From positions 45,320 through 65,319 of the forward strand of contig DASRGZ010000076.1 of NCBI GenBank assembly GCA_035650735.1: a DNA stretch of 20,000 nt, read 5' to 3'. The notes under the pieces were generated by a model. The model searched no databases. It was given only the letters and a program-made list of their open reading frames with translations, and was not told the DNA's origin. This DNA comes from Chthonomonadaceae bacterium (GTDB taxonomy: Bacteria; Armatimonadota; Chthonomonadetes; Chthonomonadales; Chthonomonadaceae). Positions 14,420 through 20,000 of the stretch are shown here, piece by piece (position 1 is the stretch's first letter; each line of letters starts with the position of its first letter). Position numbers and translations under genes: made by a program.

Positions 14420-16437
14420 CGCGAAAAACCCCCTGCCAATGCATAGGATGGGATGGGCGCGCGGGCCGCAACGAGCCGACGCCTCGTATCATTATCGGCA
14501 GGATGGATATGCCGGACGGAGGCGACGTGGATTTTGTAGGGATGTCGGGCGGAGGAGAGAGGCTGTGCGAGCCGCTTCGTGGCAAAGAACGCCTCCCGGA
14601 TATGCCGGGCGGTCGCCGGTATCTCCGAGCCCGGCAAGGCGATCAAGCTGTGCTGCGTGTATTGAACTCCCGTATCGCCGCTCAGCATCAACGCCTGCCC
14701 GCCCCGCTCGATCTGGAGGGTGAGCGGACTCTGTGCCGGCAGAGAGCGCAGCGCCTCCGCGAACGAGAGGGCGTCTACCGGGCGTCCGTTGAGACGGATG
14801 ATCACGTCGCCGGATTGCAGTCCCATGCGCGCGCCCGCCTGATTCTCCTCGACGCCCTGCACTACGGCGGCGTCACGGTTCTCGTCCTGCATCTGGATGC
14901 CCAGATAGGCTGTCGGGGTGCGGCGCAGTTGCAGGCCCGCGCTCGCCAACACGTCGTCCCAGGCGATCTCGTCGGTGCCTTTGACGTAGCGATTATACTC
15001 GTCGCTCAGGTCGGCCCCGGCGACCGCGTTCAGGGTATCCAGCAGAGCCGTTTCGGGGTAAGCGGTATCCCGCTGCCCATAGCGGCGGTCCAGCTCGCGC
15101 AGAACGTCGTCCCAGCCTCGACGGCCCCCGGTGAGGGCGCGCAACCGTAGGTCGAAATAGAAGCCGACCAGGCTGCCCTTGAGATAGTAGCTCAGGCCAT
15201 CAAAGCCCTCGCTGCCTCCTTCCCAGGCTTTGCGGCTGGCCTCCTCCAGAGATACGCGCGTGCGGGCCGGGATGGAATCGAGCGTGGCGATGCGGTCTGC
15301 CATCGTGTTCAGGAACCACTGGCGGTCGCGCAGTCCGGCGCGGTAGAGCAGCAATTGGGCGTAGTAGTCGGTGACGCCTTCGGCAAACCAGAGCGCGCCG
15401 ACGCGCACAGGCCGGGTGTAGTCGAAAGGACCCAGACCGGCGGGCCGCAGGCGCTTGACGTTCCAGGCGTGAAAGAACTCGTGGGCGGTGACGGAAAGGA
15501 ACCCGTCGGAAGTCGCTCCGGCCATATTGCCGGCCAGGTGGATGACGGTGGAGTTGCGGTGCTCCAGCCCGCCGAAAAAGCCGGGACCGCCGAAGTGGTA
15601 GATGAAGGTGTAGCGGCGGAAGGGACGGGAAGGCGCCTGACTGTCGGGGGCGTCGAAGACCTGGAAAGCGGCCTGCACGATGCGGGCGATGGCGTGGGCC
15701 ATGCGGGCGCGATCTACGGCGGCGCGGCCCACCAGCACGCAGCGAAACGGCACGCCGGAGACGGCAAAATCCTCTTCCTGGAACTGGCCCAACTGGAGGG
15801 GACAATCAATGAGCTCATCGTAGTTCCTGGCGGTAAAGAGGCTCGGCGCGGTCGGGCTCAGCGCGCCGGACGCCGGGGTCAACGGCGTGACGATCTGCCA
15901 CTGCGGAGGCAAAGCGACCGAGAGCCTAACCGGCGCGGCGGTCTGGCCGACGAGGTACATAAAGGCGGAGGCGCCGTTGATATAGCCTTCGCGCTCGCCG
16001 GGATTAAGGGCGCTGCCGAAAAAGCCCAGGCCCGCCTCGCTGGCGTGAACCTGGTACGTGAGGGTGACGCGCCCGGTGGGATCGGCCTCCGTTTCCCAGG
16101 TATGCGCATCCGGATGAGTCAGCGAGAGGGAATGTCCCTCGGCGTCCTCGGCGCGCACGTTTTCAATGTTCTGCTCAAAGGAGAGGAGCTGGTAGTAGCC
16201 GGGCGTCCAGGCCGGGATGGCAAAGGCGAGGCGCGCGTTGGGAGCGTGATCTACCGTGATGGCGATGCGCAACCGGCGTGCCGCCAGGTCGGCGATAGAG
16301 AGGCGATAGGCGATGCGCGGGGAGGCGGCATCCGGCTCCTGGCGGGAGGCGCGGCCCAGGGCGGCGCCACAGGGAAGCGCTAGCAGAAGGCAGAAGAGCA
16401 GGCGGCAGGATGCACGAAAGAAAGGCCGAGATTTCAC
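14416..16437 (-). CDS. M61 family (glycyl aminopeptidase) metallopeptidase with PDZ domain, secreted
   Basis: PAWTPGYY, YDELIDCP, GGLEH, HEFFHAWNVKRLRP, LWFAEGVTDYY, SYYLKG and a PDZ (GLQSGDVIIRLNG). Start placed at GTG 16437, before the signal peptide and after AAGGAG. Confidence 0.92.
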   Translation of the reverse strand: MKSRPFFRASCRLLFCLLLALPCGAALGRASRQEPDAASPRIAYRLSIADLAARRLRIAITVDHAPNARLAFAIPAWTPGYYQLLSFEQNIENVRAEDAEGHSLSLTHPDAHTWETEADPTGRVTLTYQVHASEAGLGFFGSALNPGEREGYINGASAFMYLVGQTAAPVRLSVALPPQWQIVTPLTPASGALSPTAPSLFTARNYDELIDCPLQLGQFQEEDFAVSGVPFRCVLVGRAAVDRARMAHAIARIVQAAFQVFDAPDSQAPSRPFRRYTFIYHFGGPGFFGGLEHRNSTVIHLAGNMAGATSDGFLSVTAHEFFHAWNVKRLRPAGLGPFDYTRPVRVGALWFAEGVTDYYAQLLLYRAGLRDRQWFLNTMADRIATLDSIPARTRVSLEEASRKAWEGGSEGFDGLSYYLKGSLVGFYFDLRLRALTGGRRGWDDVLRELDRRYGQRDTAYPETALLDTLNAVAGADLSDEYNRYVKGTDEIAWDDVLASAGLQLRRTPTAYLGIQMQDENRDAAVVQGVEENQAGARMGLQSGDVIIRLNGRPVDALSFAEALRSLPAQSPLTLQIERGGQALMLSGDTGVQYTQHSLIALPGSEIPATARHIREAFFATKRLAQPLSSARHPYKIHVASVRHIHPADNDTRRRLVAARAPIPSYALAGGFSR

Positions 16438-16623
16438 GGGTGACGATGACGCTCCTTGTAGCAGGGTGCCTGCGAGTTCGCTGAGCAGGGGACAGAGTCC
16501 TGTTGATCTATACGGCGCAGCGCCCGCAACCGTCGCCGCAGGGAGCCGGAATTTGTGCGGTTTTTGCATTGCCTGGAGCGATGGGCGCGCGATCAGGAAG
16601 CAGAATGTCCGGCTCGTTAAGGA

Positions 16624-16768
16624 GAGGGAGGCATAGGGGAGGAGACAGCGGGGCAGGGGAGCGGGGGCCGCGTCGCGGGCAGCGCGTTTTTGTCTGGGCG
16701 CGCTAGCGCGCCCAGACAAAAACGCTATCTGGTAGGTTTGTCAGTCTCAATCAAAGATTATCGGACGT
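16624..16768. repeat. Family D dispersed element, copy 2, containing a 42-bp perfect palindrome (16684-16725)
   Basis: GCGTTTTTGTCTGGGCGCGCT|AGCGCGCCCAGACAAAAACGC. Colinear with 7457-7589 and ends in ATTATCGGACGT. Confidence 0.9.
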
Positions 16769-16991
16769 ATTGAGCTTGTAAGCCGCCCTCTCTGAGGGCG
16801 GAGGATGTCCAGAGGTTTCCGATACGGAAATCCCTTCCAATACAAGGTACAATGAAGCTGGCGTGAGCAACAGGAAGGTGAGCGCCTATTGAAATCCGTT
16901 TCTTGCTTGCAGAGCGCGCCTTGAGCCATTGGGTCCGCAGGGTGGGGCGGCAGTGGCGTTGGCGCCGTGAGCGCGGCCGAGGGAGGGAGAG

Positions 16992-17774
16992 ATGCCTGGA
17001 GTGATGGAAGGTCGGCGGGTGCTGGTGACAGGGGCCAGGAACAAATGGAGTATTGCCTGGCATGTCGCGCTCTCGCTGCAGCGGGAGGGAGCGCAGTTGG
17101 CGTTTTCTGTGCTGGGGGAGCGTGAGATGGGCGGCGTCGGGAAACTGCTCAACGATGCCGGATTTGATGCGCCGATTTGGCAATGCGATGCCACGGACGA
17201 GGCGCAGATAGAGGAGCTGTATCGGCAGGTGGGCGCCGCGTTTGATGGAGGGTTGGACGGCTTGCTGCATGGCGTGGTTTTTGCCAACAAGGATGAGTTG
17301 AGCGGCGAGTACGTGGCAACCTCCCGCTCCGGCTTCACGCTGGCGCAGGAGAGCAGCGTCTACACGCTGGTAAGCCTGGCGCGGGGGGCGCGTCCGCTGA
17401 TGCAGGCCGCCGGCGGCGGCAGCATCGTCACATTGACCTACCTGGGCGCCGAGCGCGTCGTTCCCAACTACAACGTGATGGGCGTGGCAAAGGCCGCGCT
17501 GGAGGCGAGCGTGCGCTACCTGGCCGCGGATCTGGGCAAGGAGAATATCCGGGTCAATGCCGTCTCCGCCGGGCCGATCAAGACGCTGGCGGCCAGCGGC
17601 ATCGCGGGCTTTGATGCGATGGTTCGGCACGTCGCCGAGCGGGCGCCCCTGCGGCGCGCGGTGGATGCGGATGAGGTCGGCGATGCGGCGCTGTTCCTGT
17701 TCAGCCCCTGGGCGCGCGGTATCACCGGCGAAGTCCTTTATGTGGACGGCGGCTACCATATTATGGGCATGTGA
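16992..17774 (+). CDS. fabI: Enoyl-ACP reductase FabI
   Basis: VLVTGARNKWSIAW, TLTYLGAERVVPNYNVMGVAKAALEASVRYLA, VNAVSAGPIKTLAASGI and ITGEVLYVDGG. GGAG RBS. Confidence 0.96.
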   Translation: MPGVMEGRRVLVTGARNKWSIAWHVALSLQREGAQLAFSVLGEREMGGVGKLLNDAGFDAPIWQCDATDEAQIEELYRQVGAAFDGGLDGLLHGVVFANKDELSGEYVATSRSGFTLAQESSVYTLVSLARGARPLMQAAGGGSIVTLTYLGAERVVPNYNVMGVAKAALEASVRYLAADLGKENIRVNAVSAGPIKTLAASGIAGFDAMVRHVAERAPLRRAVDADEVGDAALFLFSPWARGITGEVLYVDGGYHIMGM

Positions 17775-17958
17775 AACTTCCAGGGCTAAAGCGGGTGGGC
17801 TTTCCGCTCCCTGCATCCTATCTTTGTAAGCTCCAACGTACTGCCGTGCCGTCCCCAGGCCGATAGTCCTCCTCAATGGAGTTGATACGTCTTCACTGCA
17901 AGGCCCGATTGGAGATGGAACCACGCCCTTAGGGGATTATTCTCCAACCCGTAATCGG

Positions 17959-17987
17959 TTGACTTTTCTTGGGGAGGTTGCTACAAT
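17959..17987 (+). promoter_or_regulatory. Sigma-70 housekeeping promoter for the aminotransferase gene
   Basis: TTGACT-N17-TACAAT with an extended -10 TG, 32 nt upstream of ATG 18020. Confidence 0.75.
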
Positions 17988-18019
17988 CCAGTGAACCCTG
18001 CCTGAGAGGAGATGCCACG

Positions 18020-19129
18020 ATGGCAAGTGAGTTGCCTTTTCCCCGCATACTGCTTGGACCCGGCCCCAGCAGCGTCTCGCTGCGCGTGCTGCAGGCGATG
18101 GGACGCCCGCCTATCGGATATCTCGATCCCGAATTGTTTACGCGGCTGGATAGCCTGCGCGCGGGCCTGCGCGCCGTCTTTGGGACGCAGAACGCTTTCA
18201 CCCTTCCGCTGACCGGCACCGGGATGGCCGGCATGGAAAGCTGCTTTGCCAACCTGGTTGAACCCGGCGATAACGTGATTGTCGGCGTCAATGGCTTCTT
18301 TGGCGGGCGCATGGTCGAGATCGGACAGCGGCTGGGCGCCAACGTCACGCGCGTAGACGCTCCCTGGGGCCGCATCCTGGAGCCGGAGCCGCTTGCCGCG
18401 GCGCTGAAGGCGGCGGGTAAGGTCAAGCTTGTGGCCTGCGTCCATGCGGAAACCTCCACGGGCGTCCGGCAGCCGCTCGAAGAGATCGCGCGGTTGGCGC
18501 ACGAAAACGGGGCCTTATTCCTGGTAGATGCGGTGACATCGCTGGGGGGAATGCCCGTAGAAGTAGATGCCATTGGCATAGATGCCTGCTACTCCGCGAC
18601 GCAGAAGTGCATGGGAGCGCCGCCCGGCCTGGCCCCGATTACCGTCTCCGAGCGGGCCTGGCAGGTCGTCTCCACGCGGCAGACGCCGGCTCCAAACTGG
18701 TATTATGATTGGAAGCTATTGCGGGCGTATTACGACGAGCCGCATGCGTATCATCATACGGTGCCGGTTAACCTGCTCTACGCCCTTCAGGAGTCCCTGT
18801 CGGAGATGCAGGAGGAGGGTCTGGAGGCACGGTACGCGCGGCATCGGGAGGTGAGCGCGCGGCTGATGGCGGGACTGGCCGACCTGGAGATCCGCCCGTT
18901 CGCGCAGGAGGGCTATCGGCTGCCGACGCTCAACGCGGTGACGCTGCCGCCCGGCGTGACGGATGAAGCGGCGGTGCGCAAGCGTCTTTTGAGCGCGTTT
19001 GGCATCGAGATCGGCGGCGGCCTGGGCGAGCTGAAGGGCAAGATCTGGCGGATCGGGACGATGGGCGCTTCGGCGACTCCCCGCAACGTGACGCTGCTTC
19101 TGGCGGCGCTGCGTGAAGCGCTGGCCTAG
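18020..19129 (+). CDS. Alanine-glyoxylate/serine-pyruvate aminotransferase family (PLP class V)
   Basis: LLGPGPS, GTGMAGME, VHAETSTGV, LVDAVTSLGG, YSATQKC (PLP lysine), YHHT and WRIGTMG. GAGGAG RBS. Confidence 0.95.
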   Translation: MASELPFPRILLGPGPSSVSLRVLQAMGRPPIGYLDPELFTRLDSLRAGLRAVFGTQNAFTLPLTGTGMAGMESCFANLVEPGDNVIVGVNGFFGGRMVEIGQRLGANVTRVDAPWGRILEPEPLAAALKAAGKVKLVACVHAETSTGVRQPLEEIARLAHENGALFLVDAVTSLGGMPVEVDAIGIDACYSATQKCMGAPPGLAPITVSERAWQVVSTRQTPAPNWYYDWKLLRAYYDEPHAYHHTVPVNLLYALQESLSEMQEEGLEARYARHREVSARLMAGLADLEIRPFAQEGYRLPTLNAVTLPPGVTDEAAVRKRLLSAFGIEIGGGLGELKGKIWRIGTMGASATPRNVTLLLAALREALA

Positions 19130-19281
19130 CCTGCCAGTTCGCCGCTCGAATGGTTCTCTAGCCTCGGAATGCCCCGCTGCGAGAGGGAAATGTCCTCAAG
19201 AAGACGGATCGGGCGTGAGGTCTCTTGTGTGTGGTGTCCCGGCTCCCCAGGAGCTGGCGGCGGAAAGTGATAGCGAGAAGA

Positions 19282-20000
19282 ATGGCTCTGTTTCCAAAAG
19301 AACAAGATGCAGTCGGCGTGCCGATGGGGGATGCGGCCAAGCGCATGGCCTGGACACGCGAGCGAGGGACGCTAAAGCTGCTGATCGGCTTTGTCGCATT
19401 TCTGGCGCTGTGGTTTGCTTATGGCAAGGTTCGTGACCAGCAGCTGCTATCCCGCCACTGGCCGGCCTTATCGCCGGACCCGAGCGGCCTCACCGTCGTG
19501 GGCACGCTGGACGGACGCGAGTCGATTGGCCGGAATATGTTCCATATCATCGAAGCGAACCTGACCTCACGCCCAGAACTGACTGACTTCGGCTGGAATT
19601 CTATCTTTACCGGCACGGACGGCCCGCTGTTCTCCGATCAGGCGGGAGCGGCGATCAAGCAGGCAATTAAGATGGACAGCCGAACCGGGTATCGGATGCT
19701 AGAGCCGTATTTGCGCGTGGGCGTGGCGCGGCTGAGTGGCGACCCGAACGCGAACGCCCAGGTATCGCGGGAGACGCCGATAACGGTGGGCGAGGGCAGC
19801 GCGGCGCATCAGACAACGCTGGGCGCGCTGCTCGACAAATATGGCGCCGGGGGGGGGGGACGCGATGTTCCGGAGTCTGACTCCTCGGAGGGAGGCAGCG
19901 GCAGCGAGCGCGAGGTCGAACACGGCATGGCGATCCCGGCGGAGACGCTGATTCGAGTCTGCCCGGTAGTGGTGACGGGCGCGCAGTTCACCGATGCCTG
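19282..20000 (+). CDS. Membrane-anchored hypothetical protein, truncated by the window end
   Basis: My translation is open from ATG 19282 to the end: MALFPKEQD…LKLLIGFVAFLALWFAYG (TM)…KYGAGGGGRD…CPVVVTGAQFTDA. The last motif faintly recalls a SecD P1-head segment. It is absent from the ORF track because it has no stop in the window. Start uncertain. Confidence 0.75.
   Translation, partial: MALFPKEQDAVGVPMGDAAKRMAWTRERGTLKLLIGFVAFLALWFAYGKVRDQQLLSRHWPALSPDPSGLTVVGTLDGRESIGRNMFHIIEANLTSRPELTDFGWNSIFTGTDGPLFSDQAGAAIKQAIKMDSRTGYRMLEPYLRVGVARLSGDPNANAQVSRETPITVGEGSAAHQTTLGALLDKYGAGGGGRDVPESDSSEGGSGSEREVEHGMAIPAETLIRVCPVVVTGAQFTDA

Noticed and set aside
16438..16719. 94-aa N-terminal extension of the M61 peptidase given by the ORF track
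   Set aside because: It starts inside the family D palindrome with no RBS. A signal peptide and AAGGAG support GTG 16437.

Overview
GC-rich bacterial chromosomal window. The gene and repeat style suggests Armatimonadota, but this is inference only. It contains about 17 complete CDSs plus one running off the right end: two hypothetical proteins, an Nramp-related transporter, two PhyH-family dioxygenases, a secreted PF14100 (PmoA-like/DUF6807) protein, a 2Fe-2S ferredoxin, a Methyltransf_24-type methyltransferase, an alternative RpoD-like sigma-70, RNase HI, a C4 zinc-ribbon protein, an ECF sigma with a zf-HC2/DUF4349 anti-sigma, an MBL-fold hydrolase, a VanZ-family protein, an M61-PDZ peptidase, FabI and a class V aminotransferase. 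I found no rRNA, tRNA, CRISPR array or transposase. The most striking content is non-coding: at least four families of dispersed palindromic repeats with compensatory base changes and nesting. One copy sits in-frame inside a signal-peptide coding region, and another is split by a ~130-bp internally repetitive insert that could encode a Cys-rich peptide. The RpoD-like sigma has a Trp-to-His change in the promoter-melting W-dyad. The last gene has an in-frame G11 tract. All family assignments come from motif recognition by eye, with no database searches.
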